DNA of 64,000 nucleotides. Origin: Octopus bimaculoides. Lineage: Eukaryota. A program made the translations under genes and the position numbers. Each line of letters opens with the position of its first letter. Positions within the stretch are counted from its first letter, which is position 1. Location of the stretch: NCBI RefSeq assembly GCF_001194135.2, contig NC_068984.1, positions 103,457,085 through 103,521,084 of the forward strand. The letters are read 5' to 3'. The notes beneath the pieces are model-generated. The model was not told the DNA's origin. It did no database searches and saw only the letters and a program-made list of their open reading frames with translations. Shown here piece after piece: positions 28,567-41,765 of this stretch.

Positions 28567-29223
28567 NNNNNNNNNNNNNNNNNNNNNNNNNNNNNNNNNN
28601 NNNNNNNNNNNNNNNNNNNNNNNNNNNNNNNNNNNNNNNNNNNNNNNNNNNNNNNNNNNNNNNNNNNNNNNNNNNNNNNNNNNNNNNNNNNNNNNNNNNN
28701 NNNNNNNNNNNNNNNNNNNNNNNNNNNNNNNNNNNNNNNNNNNNNNNNNNNNNNNNNNNNNNNNNNNNNNNNNNNNNNNNNNNNNNNNNNNNNNNNNNNN
28801 NNNNNNNNNNNNNNNNNNNNNNNNNNNNNNNNNNNNNNNNNNNNNNNNNNNNNNNNNNNNNNNNNNNNNNNNNNNNNNNNNNNNNNNNNNNNNNNNNNNN
28901 NNNNNNNNNNNNNNNNNNNNNNNNNNNNNNNNNNNNNNNNNNNNNNNNNNNNNNNNNNNNNNNNNNNNNNNNNNNNNNNNNNNNNNNNNNNNNNNNNNNN
29001 NNNNNNNNNNNNNNNNNNNNNNNNNNNNNNNNNNNNNNNNNNNNNNNNNNNNNNNNNNNNNNNNNNNNNNNNNNNNNNNNGTAGGATACCGGTTCGTTTA
29101 TTTCTGTTGTCAGATTGTTTTGCACGTTCATATCTTCGTACTTTTTTTCTTAACAAGCTTACAGTACGTACTTCTCGGTTGTTATTCTTGGGTGAAATAA
29201 TACCGGTGTTATTTAATATGTTT

Positions 29224-29291
<68 letters not shown>

Positions 29292-29379
29292 CATTATTAT
29301 TAGAGAGATGAGTTCTTAACTTTTGTATACGATTGCCAAATTCCATCACTAAGGTAAACGTAATCCATCACCACGGCCA

Positions 29380-29710
29380 ACCCAATGACAAAAAGCGCAA
29401 CTCGAAAGTAACTTATTTATTGGTCCTTTGAACAACAATATTTCGGCATCTCGCATACCTTCAACAGATTCAAAATAAAATAAATGTCAGTCTAATTCAT
29501 TTTTTAGTTTATATAAAGGACTTATTGGCTGGTACTATTTGTATCCAATGGTTGGGTCTCTCAACTGTCGCCAGGTTTTCTTTCAGAATAGCGTTCACCT
29601 GAAAATGATTCGCGCCAATTGACAGCAGCCGCTGCCTCAATCTGATTCCAGTAAAACCTCTACATTCAAACTTCTACAGCACTCCAACCAGCTGACAATT
29701 ATATAAAAGC
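29380..29710. promoter_or_regulatory. Candidate promoter/enhancer island (5 CCAAT/ATTGG, 2 TATATAAA, 1 CAGCTG)
   Basis: Motifs at 29382, 29419, 29524, 29545, 29615; TATA at 29510 and 29700; E-box at 29689; no transcript evidence. Confidence 0.3.
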
Positions 29711-30340
29711 GAGAATAATAAAACCGATTTTGGTTTCAACGAAAATAAGAAAAAAACAGATAATGTGAAAATGGAAAGAGATAGCATTAAATAATAATCG
29801 TTAATCTATAATTGAACGCAACCGTTGATGAACGATTAAAGCACATTTAAATAAATGTGAATAAATGTGAATTTAAAAGAAATTTCGTTAAAAGAACCCT
29901 AAAAAACAAAACAGTTTCTAACATATAAGAACGGAAAGCATTAAACTTAGATTCCTTCAGATAAAGATATTTGATGGTAAAACGAATTGAAAATAGATAC
30001 ATACGCGCGCATGCACATACACATGCTCACACACACATATACGTATATACACATACACACTCATTTCTATATACATATATACACGTAAACGTGTGTGTGC
30101 GTTTATGTATGAATATATATATGTATATTATATGCAAGCACAACCACCTATCCATGCACACACATTCATATACATACACACACATACACACACACACACA
30201 TATATATGTATAGAAAATTATGAGTGAGTTCACATTGCTTTGGTACATGTAAACATAAAAAAATGTATTCGATACGAGGCGTAGAGTGCTACAAAATTTC
30301 CATTAAATTTCGTTTATATTTATGTTTTTGCGCTAGAGTA

Positions 30341-30374
<34 letters not shown>

Positions 30375-30519
30375 TGTGTGCGTGCGTGCGTGCGTGTGTG
30401 TGCGCGCGTCTGTGTGTGTCTGTGTGTGCGTATGTCCTTTTGAGGCAAAGCACACATATACAACCACATATACTTGCGTTTATATATATATATATAAGAT
30501 GGAAAAAACAATTATAACC

Positions 30520-32450
30520 TTAAAACTTCCATAAATCCACGGTCTAACCCATTCTCTACAATGAAATCATCTCCAGAGTTGCTCATCCTATCGGATAAGA
30601 CCGGGAATATTTATTCTGTACCGCCAAGTCTTTATAATGACTTGATCCTGAAAGAGTTTAATTCTGGATATAAACATGCAAGCAAAAATGCTTTGGATGA
30701 GATTAATGACACTCATATCATCTCTAGTTTGGGCCTACTTGATAGAACCCAACCTTATGCTCCAAAAACTCCCCATTGTCTTTTGAAGGACCATAAATCT
30801 GATTTTTTTATCAAATCCTTCGATTGGATTAATCTGCCCGACCAAGACTGATTTGGCCAGAATTAGTAAATATATTATAGATCAGATTATTCTCATCGTG
30901 AGAGATAAGGTTCAGCTTCTCCTATGGAACTTTACTGGGGACGTTATCTTATGGTTTGACTCCCTTACTGATAAGCCTAATTTAGACTTTATCCAATTTG
31001 ATATCTCGAATTATTACAATTCCATATCCCCTATATTGCTAAATAAGGCTCTGATTTTCGCTCGGAAATTTGCGAATATCCCTAATTCGGATATTTGTGT
31101 AATTTTAGCAGCAAGGGAGACCCTCATCTTCTACAACGAGCGTAATTGGCAGAGGGCTGATTCCACCAATTTCTTCGATATTACTATGGGGTCATCAGAT
31201 TCAGCACACGTGACCGATTTAGTGGGCCTATATCTCCTTTCGCAGATTAGGGATAGTTTTCCCCTCCTTACTGGGGGGGTTATATAGGGATGATGCACTT
31301 CTAGCTGTACGTGGCCAATCTAAAACTTCATTGAATAGAGTGGTGAACTTCATGGATATTACCTTGAATTTGGATACGTAAGCCAAACAAATCCATCTCA
31401 TATATCAATGTCTCCTCCAATCATCCGAAATCTACTATTGGTAGCATCGTTACCGCTATCTCGATCAGAATCTCTAATTTGTCTGCAAACGAAGAGATTT
31501 TTGATCAACATGCACCAGTATACAACAACGCTCTAAAATTAAGCGCCTTCAAAACTAAAATCTTATATATACTTAACATGAGATTTAAGAACAAAATGGC
31601 TGGTCTACCACCTGACCATGTCACGGAAGATCGAGAGAAATGCGATGCATTATTTGATTACAACCAATATAAGCCATCAGTTACATACGTATATAAAGAT
31701 GTTAGGAACAGATACTGGAAACGAAATAGTGGCAGTGAGGAGATGAGTAAAACCAAGAGCTCAGGTTCTAGAATACGTGAAGTCCTATTCCTCTGTTGGT
31801 AACCCTGGTATTTGGCAGGTAAGCTCTAATAAGCCTCAGGTTAGTGTCACAAACAATTTACTTCCACCAGCCTTATCGACTCCCTGTAATGAGATATCTG
31901 AAGGAAAGAACGCAGGAAGCCAGATAAGTGATGTTAGTATTAGTATTAGGGATACGGGTGGTTCTGGTAAATCTTGTAATTGTAGGAACCCTAGACTATG
32001 TCACCTTGACGAATTCTGTTTGACTACTGAAGCCATATATAGATGCGTGGTTAAAGAGGTGTGTAATTTGGATAGGTTTTACATATGCAGTACTGTCAAT
32101 TTTAAAGCTAGGTATAGAGCCCAGATGAATTCGTTTTCGAACGAAAAATATTGTAACTCCACTATACTTTCCTCTTATAGACATGGTTTAAAGAGGAATA
32201 AAAAAAAGTTATTCTCTTGAATGGTCTGTTATCTCGAGGGCTCCTTATTTTAGAGTTAATATTAACAAGTGTAAGTTGTGTGTAAGGGAATCTCTTGCCA
32301 TCCTTAAGTCCTTTGAGCCTAAAACGTTAAATAAATTTAGGGGTGATTCCTTTTTGCAGCGATAAGTTTTCTTCTACTTCTGAGTTTGTTAGAGACAGCC
32401 GGAGATGACCGTAGTGGCTCAGAACTCCAGACTTCGCAGTATTATCTAAT
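30520..32450 (+). mobile_element. 5'-truncated, disrupted Penelope-like element (RT plus C-terminal GIY-YIG endonuclease)
   Basis: SDKTGNIY; LKDHKSDF; FIQFDISNYYNSIS; FDITMGSSDSAHVTDLVGLYLL; DD motif at about 31290; CNCR..CHLDEFCL..AIY..YICST.NFKARY; CKLCVRE..LNK. Confidence 0.92.
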
Positions 32451-33376
32451 TTGATGTATGTTTGTGTGTCTGTGTCTGTGTGTCTGTTTTTCCAAGCCAT
32501 GAAACATTATACCAGATATTTGCCTAGTACTATGGCTTAAAGTCCATCATATGTTGACATCTGCACCATTTGTCCCCATTGGCCTGCTTACACCCTACTG
32601 CGAAACTGTGAAGATAATGATTACATATTTCTTCCATGCTTCATTTAAATGAAATTAAAACATGCCACATATATCTAACACATATATCTAACAGAACAAT
32701 ACTGCAAAAATTCGGGACATTCATTCAGTTTGAGACGGAGTAGACATGTCCTTATATGTTAAATGTTAACATGAAACCCATTTCTTTTTTGACGGCGTTT
32801 TTCCCCCCGAATGATGTCATTAGGAAATGTCTGAATGTTGATGAGGAGACTAGTAGCACCATTTTCAGTGCCTGTGGTGACACAGGCAATAAGAGTACTA
32901 GCTTTTCCATTGAAACAAAACATTAATAGTGTTTCATCTTTCCAGTTCTATACTCCAAAACGTTGATATATTCTGACATGCGACCAATGGTAACTCCACT
33001 AATAAAAGAGTCCAGCTAAGCTGAGTAACCAAATATAGTATTTAACATGCCAACTGCGGGAAACAGAACAATCTTCCACTGGTAGCTTTAGTTTGTAATG
33101 CTTTGAATGTCGCACGTTTTCCCACATCAAACTCTTTTTGTCTACTTAAATAATTTGATAGAAAACTCAACAGCATTGGCATTAAGCTTGCTTAATGTTG
33201 TTGGTATTGTTTCCTTCCTTTTTCGGTTTTTTTTTTCCATTTTCCTTCTGTCTGATTTTTGTTTACTAGAATCTCTGCATTGTTTGTTGTTGCTCCTTTG
33301 TTTCTTGTTGTTTGTTCCTTTGTATAGCTTGAAGCATCAACAATGAGGCATGGCTGATAGTCTTGTGTTATCTATT

Positions 33377-33441
<65 letters not shown>

Positions 33442-33773
33442 NNNNNNNNNNCCACTTTTTAAATCCTTATTCAATAAGGTTTGATTAAGTGTTGTTACTC
33501 TCTATTCTGAATGTATACAATTGCTGAGGGGCGCTGTTACGTAATACCGGTGTGACATAATACCAGAGTAACACACTGGCTAAGTGACATTATGGTCTAG
33601 TGAAACAGTTAGTTAACAAGAATACCAGTGAAAATGTCACGATAGAAATTATATTTTTAAAGTATTAATCAAAAATGAGAAGTTAAACGTTTCAATGAAA
33701 AAGGTTTCTCTGGTAGTTTTTAAGATGACATAATGGAGTAGTGACATTTAACAAAATTAATATTTAAAAGAGA

Positions 33774-34219
33774 TAAGGCGGCGACCTGGCAGAATCGTTA
33801 GCATACCGGACAAAATGCTTAGCGACATTGCGTCCGTCGCTATGTTCTGAGTTCAAACTCCGTCGAGGTCAACTTCGCCTTTCATCCTTTCGAGGTCGAT
33901 AAATTAAGTACCAGTTGCGTACTGGGGTCGATCTAATCGACTGTCCGCCCCCCTCTCCAAAAATTTCGGGCCTTGTGTCTTGAGTAGAAAAGAATATTCA
34001 AAAGAGATAAGGCGGCGACCTGGCAGAATCGTTAACACACCGGACAAAATGCTTAGCGGCATTGCGTCCGTCGCTGTTCCGAGTTCAAATTCAACCGAGG
34101 TCGACTTTGCCTTTCATCTATTCGGAGTCGATAAAATAAGTACCAGCAGATCACTGGGGTCGATCTAATCGAACAATCCCTCTCCCGAAATAGCTGGCTT
34201 TTTGCCAAAATTTGAGAGC
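33774..34219 (+). mobile_element. Head-to-tail dimer of family B SINEs (33774-33992, 34008-34219)
   Basis: Two copies, each flanked by AATATT(T/C)AAAA. Confidence 0.92.
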
Positions 34220-35214
34220 AATATTTAAAATAAACGAGATGTTTATCATCCTTAAGGAATATTAGCTTCAAAATTAGTGGTAGCTATCTGATTGCGAAAG
34301 CAAGTTAAGCACCAGTAATGATACATCAATGAACTGGGTTCAGAAAATAAAAGACTTGATACATTATTAGTGTTTGACAACACTTTGATAATTGATTCCA
34401 ACACACCGAACCAAATAAATTACATGAAAACATTCAGTAGAAGCTGACACAGAACATACGTGGTTTTTTTTAGAGAGGGTGGGGAGTGTTCGTTTGACAT
34501 TTTTCAGTAAATCGAGAATAGACAAATATTCATTTAGAAGATAGATGATGTGATTTGTGAAAGATTACCCGTTCATTGGCTTATCTGTAGTATGTAATGT
34601 GGTGTAGTAGTACGGTACAGTGTAATGTATTTTTCAATTAAGGGCGGGTCAAGTATCAGCGTTCATTGAATAGGTATATTTCCTGGCATAAAATTCCAAT
34701 TGACTGCAATAGTTCTATATTTAACTTTTCGGAAGTGATTTCTTGTCTTTGCAGGTTTTCTGTGTTTTGGCGTTCTGTTTGACATACAGTGACAGTATGG
34801 ACATTATCATCGAATATTGTTTGCTGTCATCATTGTGGTTTAGTATGTGTGACATAGGAGAAATATTTACTGTATGTAATGCATATGAAATTGTCTACAA
34901 TACGGCAAATTTGAAAGAAAATAAGATACTTTTAACAAGCGGATTTCTTTTTATTTATACATTGCCGAAGACTGTGTCCCTGATTTCTTGATAAATATAT
35001 TCTGAAAGTTCCCACAAAGTTTTTCTCTAATTGCAGTTTGTATTTTGTTTTGTTTTCTCCCTGGAAACATATGAACACGTTGTGAATGTATACGTTTGAA
35101 GACATTTTTTAGAAAGCAAGAAGCAGAGAGTAATAAAATAAGTACTGTCTCGTGTCCTAGGACTCATAAGGGTTAACAGGTTTCCATGGAGTTTAAGTAA
35201 CCGAAATGACAACT

Positions 35215-35385
35215 TTCTCCCTGAACGGGACGCCGTTCTGTCACAGGATTACTCATTAGCAGCTGAGTGGAGTGCAGTAACGTGAAATAAAATGGTTTGC
35301 TTAAGAACACAACGCACTGCCTGATCTGGAAATCGAAACCACAATCTTGCGAGAAAAATCCTAACCACTAGGCCACTCACCTTCA
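35215..35385 (-). mobile_element. SINE family C fragment
   Basis: Reverse complement of family C head and body. Confidence 0.7.
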
Positions 35386-35918
35386 CAAAAAGTAGAGTAG
35401 AAGAACTGAAATTAAATTCCAAATAATTTTTAAAATATGAAATGTTAATATATACAAATCCATTTCCAAGCAATTAAAAGAATATGAAATAAATATAAAT
35501 ATAACTATTGTTGTGTATATTTGCAGGGTAGAGTAGCGATTTCTTGAATGTTGGCAAGCTCCAAGCCAAATTCTACCATGTCTGTTATAGAGCTTCATTT
35601 CTATTACATCAAATATGGTCCATTTCATAAGAATGTAATCTACAGTCTGCCAATAACAGGTGTCAAAATCTAGAAGGTGGCAACGTGCGATAATTAGTGA
35701 GTTGTTAATGAGAACTAATTGGTTGGCCGAATAACGGATTAATTTGGTGATTAGTTTGGTAAGTGGAAATAAAGTGTTTCGTTTTCAGCTTTTATTCATT
35801 AATCAAACACTTTGGTTTATTGATTGATTGAAGGTCTTGATAAAATTGACCAATATGATCAACTAGTCAACTGATGACGTTTATTGAAAAGCGAAACGAC
35901 AGACGACTAACGTCTTCG

Positions 35919-35952
<34 letters not shown>

Positions 35953-35964
35953 TAATAATCCTTT

Positions 35965-36368
35965 CTACTATAGGCACAAGGCCTGAAATTTTGGGGGAGT
36001 GGGCAAGTCGATTACATCAACTCCACTGTGTAACTGGTACTTATTTCATCGACCCCGAAAGGATGAAATGTAAGGTCGGTCTCGGGGTCATTTAAACTTT
36101 GAACGTACGGAAGAAATGCCGCGAAGCATTTTGTCCGGCATTCTAACGATTCTGCCAGCTCGCTGCCTTCGCCTTAATACTAATTATAATAATCCCTGAA
36201 ATATGGTGGGAGGGGTTAAGGTGGTTTCATCAACCCCAGTACTCCACTGACACTTAATTTATCGACCCCGAAAGAGTGAAAGGCAAATTCGACCTCGGCG
36301 GAACTTGAACTCAGAACGTAAAGACGGACGAAATGCAGCTAAGCATTTTGCCCGGCATGCTAACGATC
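35965..36368 (-). mobile_element. Two adjacent family B SINEs (about 35965-36172 and 36195-36368) between (AAT)n runs
   Basis: Reverse complement matches. Confidence 0.85.
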
Positions 36369-36369
36369 C

Positions 36370-36430
<61 letters not shown>

Positions 36431-36819
36431 CAAGACGAAGAGCGCGATGCGATTGCAATAGATATTTTATTGGTTGAACGATATTTCGACAGCAAGCCTG
36501 TCTTTATCGAGTTCAAAATGAGAAGTGATAAAAATTCAAAATTATATAAATTTAAATTTAAAATATGAACGAGAGCAACCAGCGTCCACACGTTGATGGA
36601 ATGACATCATCAGTCTTTAAGTTTCAATTTTATAACAGGCGAAAAGAAAAAGACAGAAAAAAAAAGAGAGAAGAAAAAAACAGGAAAAAGAAAAGGAAAA
36701 AGAAGAATATTTAATCTAACAATTTTGTATAAATTTGATGATACACTCCTGTCATTTTATTCACAAGCATAAAAATTTCAAATAAATTTAAAGAATAAAA
36801 AATAGAAAGAATAAGAATA

Positions 36820-37205
36820 AACTAGCTCAAGGGCTATTTCAGTTTGTACACCTTCAGAAGCTGAAGAAATATTTTTTTGAAAAAAACTGGTTACGAGGAG
36901 TCAGAAAAGCATATGTTTACTGAAAATAAAAATGATGATGACCGAATCTGGCATAATTGGATTGAAAAGAATCCCAATTGGTATGCAGATAAAGTTCGGG
37001 ATGGACGTTCAGCAGCACTACTGGAATTTCTTGAATCCTGTCAGACAGGCATTAGAGAAAGCCTTAAAACAAGTGGGAAGAAATCCTGGAATAACCTCAC
37101 AAATTCCCAACATTACGCACTCCGACGTCTAACTAATAACGATTCTATTGTTGTTAAAATGGCGGATAAGGGAGATGCTATCGTAATTATGGACAAAAGT
37201 GTACA
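36820..37205 (+). mobile_element. PLE ORF fragment upstream of the RT domain
   Basis: NNLTNSQHYALRRLTNNDSIVVKMADKGDAIVIMDK matches the PLE NLT..ER.AL..L....IVIKPADKG.A.V.MD motif. Confidence 0.85.
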
Positions 37206-37289
37206 TTGACAGGTCATTAAATTAAACACGCCAAATTGCTCATTTAGAGAATCAAGTAAAGTTTTTAAAATTACATGATCTTCTCAGTA

Positions 37290-38430
37290 TGTGTGACGTA
37301 CTGATTAAAACAATCTTTTGCGCTTCTTGCATGGATAGTAAGCTAGGAAACATTCTCAAATAATTTTCAGTTCCTTTTTTGGTTATTACTAGATCTATAA
37401 TCACTGGCACTGTAACCGCCTTAAGATCTTACATTTTTCCGATTTCAATGAGCCAATTTTTATATTCTATGAGCTTGTCAAATTCTTTTGCCGAAATATA
37501 GTAATCCCAAGAGATACTCATGTCGGTCGATAAACAGACTTCATTGCTTTGGTCTTTTACAGCAGTATCCGGTTTATTAGCTTTGATGTTCTGTTTGTAT
37601 GTACTTTAATCGATACATTTTTCTCAGTTACAGCCACATGGTGGTGCTTATACCACTTGTCAACACTTTTGATTTTATTTAGCCAATCAGTGTAGATATT
37701 GACCAACTCTGTCATGACTTGATTTATACTCCACTGCTGCTAAAACTTCGACTGAATTTGAGGTCTTTAATTTCCCTTTCTGGAAAGTGGCCTTGGCACA
37801 CTTATGAAGACCAAACTCCATCCCGATATCATCACTGAATCATTTAACAGTACGTAATAGGCCTTCAAGCTCACCATTACTTTTGCTATAGAGTTTCAAG
37901 TCATCCATATAAAAGAGATGACTTATTTTCTTGTCAATTTTATACCCAAATACTTTCTTCATTATTACCCACATAGGAGTCTGTATTTACTCTACCTAAC
38001 TCCATGTAGTCTTCCACTGATATTAACCCTCTTCCACCTTCCTTCTTAGGTAGGTATAATCTTGCTACTCCTACTTTTGGATGAAGTCCTCCATAAAGGG
38101 TATCAAAGCAATGCAAAAACTTAGAGGTGAAAGTGAGTTACCTTAGAAACTTCCGAAGTTGATGTTAATATTATTTGAAACTTGTACTTCCATTAGAGTG
38201 ATATAACTGGAGATTCGTATTCCACAATGGCATATTATGCTTCAGGAAGTTTGAAATTACAGGAGAAATTTTGAAGATAACCAACGATTTCAAGATCCAT
38301 GAATGCGATATGCTGTCAAAGGCCTTTTTGAAATCAATCCATGCGGAACTGAGATTTCTGTGCTTGTTATGACAGTTTTAAAGGATCATGCAATTAATTA
38401 AGAATTGATCTTTACATCCATGTGAGCCTC
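37290..38430 (-). mobile_element. Internally deleted RLE-type LINE (RT joined to endonuclease)
   Basis: GCKDQFLIN; AWIDFKKAFDSISHSW; SHLFYMDDLKLY; DIGMEFGLHKCA; then KWYKH..NKPD..DMS..KEFDK..VPVI. Confidence 0.9.
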
Positions 38431-38742
38431 GTCAGCACTCTTTTTATTATTATTATTATTATTATAATAATATTATTATTGTTATTATTATTATTATTAT
38501 TGCATCATATTTCTTCCTTGCATTTTCTCCAACGTCTTAGGATCTTGTGGCCAATGAAAGAAATCATTATTATTAGCATAGTAAAAGTAGTGACTTGGCA
38601 GAATTGTTAACTCGTCAAAAACAACTGCTTCTAGCTATTTTTTCCGGTTCTTTACATTCGATTTTCAAACTTTGCCTTTCACCCTTTCCAGATAAATAAA
38701 ATAAATACCATCTCAGGACTAGGTGTCGATGCAATCGACTAA

Positions 38743-38820
38743 CTAAAATTGCTGGCTGCTAAAATTGCTGGCTGCTAAAATTGCTGGCTGCTAAAATTGT
38801 TGGCTGCTAAAATTGCTGGC
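38743..38820. repeat. 16-bp tandem repeat CTAAAATTGCTGGCTG, about 5 copies, inside a family B SINE tail
   Basis: Direct reading; SINE spans about 38590-38840. Confidence 0.93.
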
Positions 38821-39134
38821 CTTGTGCCAAAATTAGAAACTGTTGTTGTTGTCATTGTTATGTTGTTGACATCAACGTTTTACTTTTGTCTTTTTTGTGG
38901 TTAACAGCTTTCGCTTTTCTCACTCATCTTAAGAGTGCATTAATCAAATGATTAGTGAGATTCTTAATTAAAGAATGTCTAATTAATCACAAAGTTTATT
39001 CAATAACAACAAACAATACAAACTAAATGTTGATCAATATAATACTTTTCAAACTATTGATTCAGACCACTGACACCCCAAAATTTATCCAAACAGATGA
39101 CACTAAAAAGTCACAGGGAACAATAACAGTTACT

Positions 39135-39178
<44 letters not shown>

Positions 39179-39779
39179 NNNNNNNNNNNNNNNNNNNNNN
39201 NNNNNNNNNNNNNNNNNNNNNNNNNNNNNNNNNNNNNNNNNNNNNNNNNNNNNNNNNNNNNNNNNNNNNNNNNNNNNNNNNNNNNNNNNNNNNNNNNNNN
39301 NNNNNNNNNNNNNNNNNNNNNNNNNNNNNNNNNNNNNNNNNNNNNNNNNNNNNNNNNNNNNNNNNNNNNNNNNNNNNNNNNNNNNNNNNNNNNNNNNNNN
39401 NNNNNNNNNNNNNNNNNNNNNNNNNNNNNNNNNNNNNNNNNNNNNNNNNNNNNNNNNNNNNNNNNNNNNNNNNNNNNNNNNNNNNNNNNNNNNNNNNNNN
39501 NNNNNNNNNNNNNNNNNNNNNNNNNNNNNNNNNNNNNNNNNNNNNNNNNNNNNNNNNNNNNNNNNNNNNNNNNNNNNNNNNNNNNNNNNNNNNNNNNNNN
39601 NNNNNNNNNNNNNNNNNNNNNNNNNNNNNNNNNNNNNNNNNNNNNNNNNNNNNNNNNNNNNNNNNNNNNNNNNNNNNNNNNNNNNNNNNNNNNNNNNNNN
39701 NNNNNNNNNNNNNNNNNNNNNNNNNNNNNNNNNNNNNNNNNNNNNNNNNNNNNNNNNNNNNNNNNNNNNNNNTATATGC

Positions 39780-40103
39780 ATATATACGTACATGTATGTA
39801 CATACCTACATCTACCTGTATATATAGATGCATATCTGGGTGCAGGACATTGCAAACAAAACGTAGACAAAATGATAAACAGAGTACAGAAAACACACAG
39901 GCCACATAGAGAACATTTCCTTCATCAGCTGCGACCATTCTAACACTGGCGTTTCGAAGAGTTAGGGCAGTACGCATCGTTAAAATGTCTCTTCCCACGG
40001 ACCACAAATTAAATTTGTACCATGGAGGAATGTAGTAGCGAACAGAAAACAAGACAGGAAAACAAAACAGTGAAAATAAACAAAAAAGGCTATACGCCCA
40101 GAC

Positions 40104-40105
<2 letters not shown>
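39780..40105 (-). mobile_element. Divergent relative of the 19761-20890 repeat
   Basis: Shared order CCTCCATG..AAATT..TGGTYCGYGGG..CGAAA..CTGATGAA..TTACGTTTT..GTCCTGYACCCAKATATGCAT. Confidence 0.6.
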
Positions 40106-40137
<32 letters not shown>

Positions 40138-41284
40138 GGAGATATAGATATAGATATATAGACATACATATATACATGCAAATGCATTCTTTTATTTGTG
40201 TCAGTTATTTGACTGCAACCATGCTGGAATACCGCCTTTAGTCGAAGGAATCGACCCCAGGACTTATTCTTTGTAAGCCTAATACTGATTATCAACTACA
40301 TTGACATCACCAGTCTGTAAAGTCAGTTTATGTGAAATTTAAGTGAAATCCGGTGAAGTTCGGTGAAATCGAACCCTGATCTCAAGTAGCATGTGTATTG
40401 ACAGTGGGAAACAAAGGTCAAAATCGACGGAATTGAAACTTTGATCATAATCAAATATAACAAAGCATTTTCTCCACAGCTCTCCCGAACCTCGCTTGTG
40501 AATAATTAATAAAAACAATTTCCGGTCCCCGGGAAAAATGAGATTGTGCCTGTTGGAAAAAATCAATAATTTTATAGATCATTATTACTATTGTTGCTGT
40601 TGCTAAGAAACACTTACTATTGAAATAGAGGGATTTGGTTGTCGTTTGTAGTCGTGGCTACACTGACTTAACTGTAGACTAGTTTAAGATTTAAGACCTA
40701 GAGCTCTCTATTTAAATAGTGGTAACAAATTTCGAAAGAGATATTTTGCTATGCACATTTTTACGCATATAGCTATATAAATACATACATATGTGTATGT
40801 ATATGGATATGCGTGTCTGTATATAAATACATATATATAAGTACTTATGCATACATATGTTTCTTTTTTTAATTCTTAATTGGCACAAGTTTAAAGTGCC
40901 TCAATAGACTATAGTCTTGTGCATGGTACTTATATACAATAATACAATATAATANNNNNNNNNNNNNNNNNNNNNNNNNNNNNNNNNNNNNNNNNNNNNN
41001 NNNNNNNNNNNNNNNNNNNNNNNNNNNNNNNNNNNNNNNNNNNNNNNNNNNNNNNNNNNNNNNNNNNNNNNNNNNNNNNNNNNNNNNNNNNNNNNNNNNN
41101 NNNNNNNNNNNNNNNNNNNNNNNNNNNNNNNNNNNNNNNNNNNNNNNNNNNNNNNNNNNNNNNNNNNNNNNNNNNNNNNNNNNNNNNNNNNNNNNNNNNN
41201 NNNNNNNNNNNNNNNNNNNNNNNNATATATATATATATACGTATGTATGTATATATAGATATAGATATATAATGAGTGTCGTAA

Positions 41285-41332
41285 CTTGCCTGGAGAGCCT
41301 GAGCATCCACAGGCGAAACTCAGAATAGCAAG
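41285..41332 (+). ncRNA. Type I hammerhead-like fold with two core/stem changes
   Basis: Stem I CTTGC/GCAAG, core CTGGAGA, stem II GCCTG/CAGGC, GAAA, stem III ACT-cag-AAT, H17=A. Confidence 0.65.
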
Positions 41333-41765
41333 AGACTCGACCAAAAGAAAGTTTACGATGGTGTGGGGGTGGGTGTTTAGTGACGGCAGAAAGAAAACAT
41401 AAAGTCTCATGCCAGGAGGTGAATGTTCTGCTATTCCCATGCAATTTAGATTGTAGTTAGTCAACTGCTTTAGCAATCGTCCAATTTGTTCAACTTCACG
41501 CATTATAACAGTTTATTTTCACATTAGTTGCTTTTCATCTTTGGTCCAATATTCATGTTGTTTCTGTTGGTGAACAACACCAATGGCAACTAAAACAATT
41601 AACTTTAATCCAAGTTAACTGGGAATAACAATATTTTGCCTCTTAATAGGGAACTTTTAAATTTTTGTGTTTTTTTTTTTCCTGTTACTAAAACGTCCGA
41701 TGTATAAATATTAATAACACTTAAAGGTGCTGAGTCCATTTTTGTTGAACCAATATATAGTAGTG

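Noticed and set aside
31970-32300. Selenocysteine-coding PLE
   Set aside because: All conserved Cys codons are TGT; the TGA at about 32219 sits at a likely Trp position
32790-32980. Possible pogo DDE remnant (NVDEET..TIFSACGDTG)
   Set aside because: Similarity too weak and no TIRs found
35863-35910. CTGATGA...GAAAC hammerhead-like spacing
   Set aside because: Stem I is out of register and no UH triplet; at most a very eroded copy
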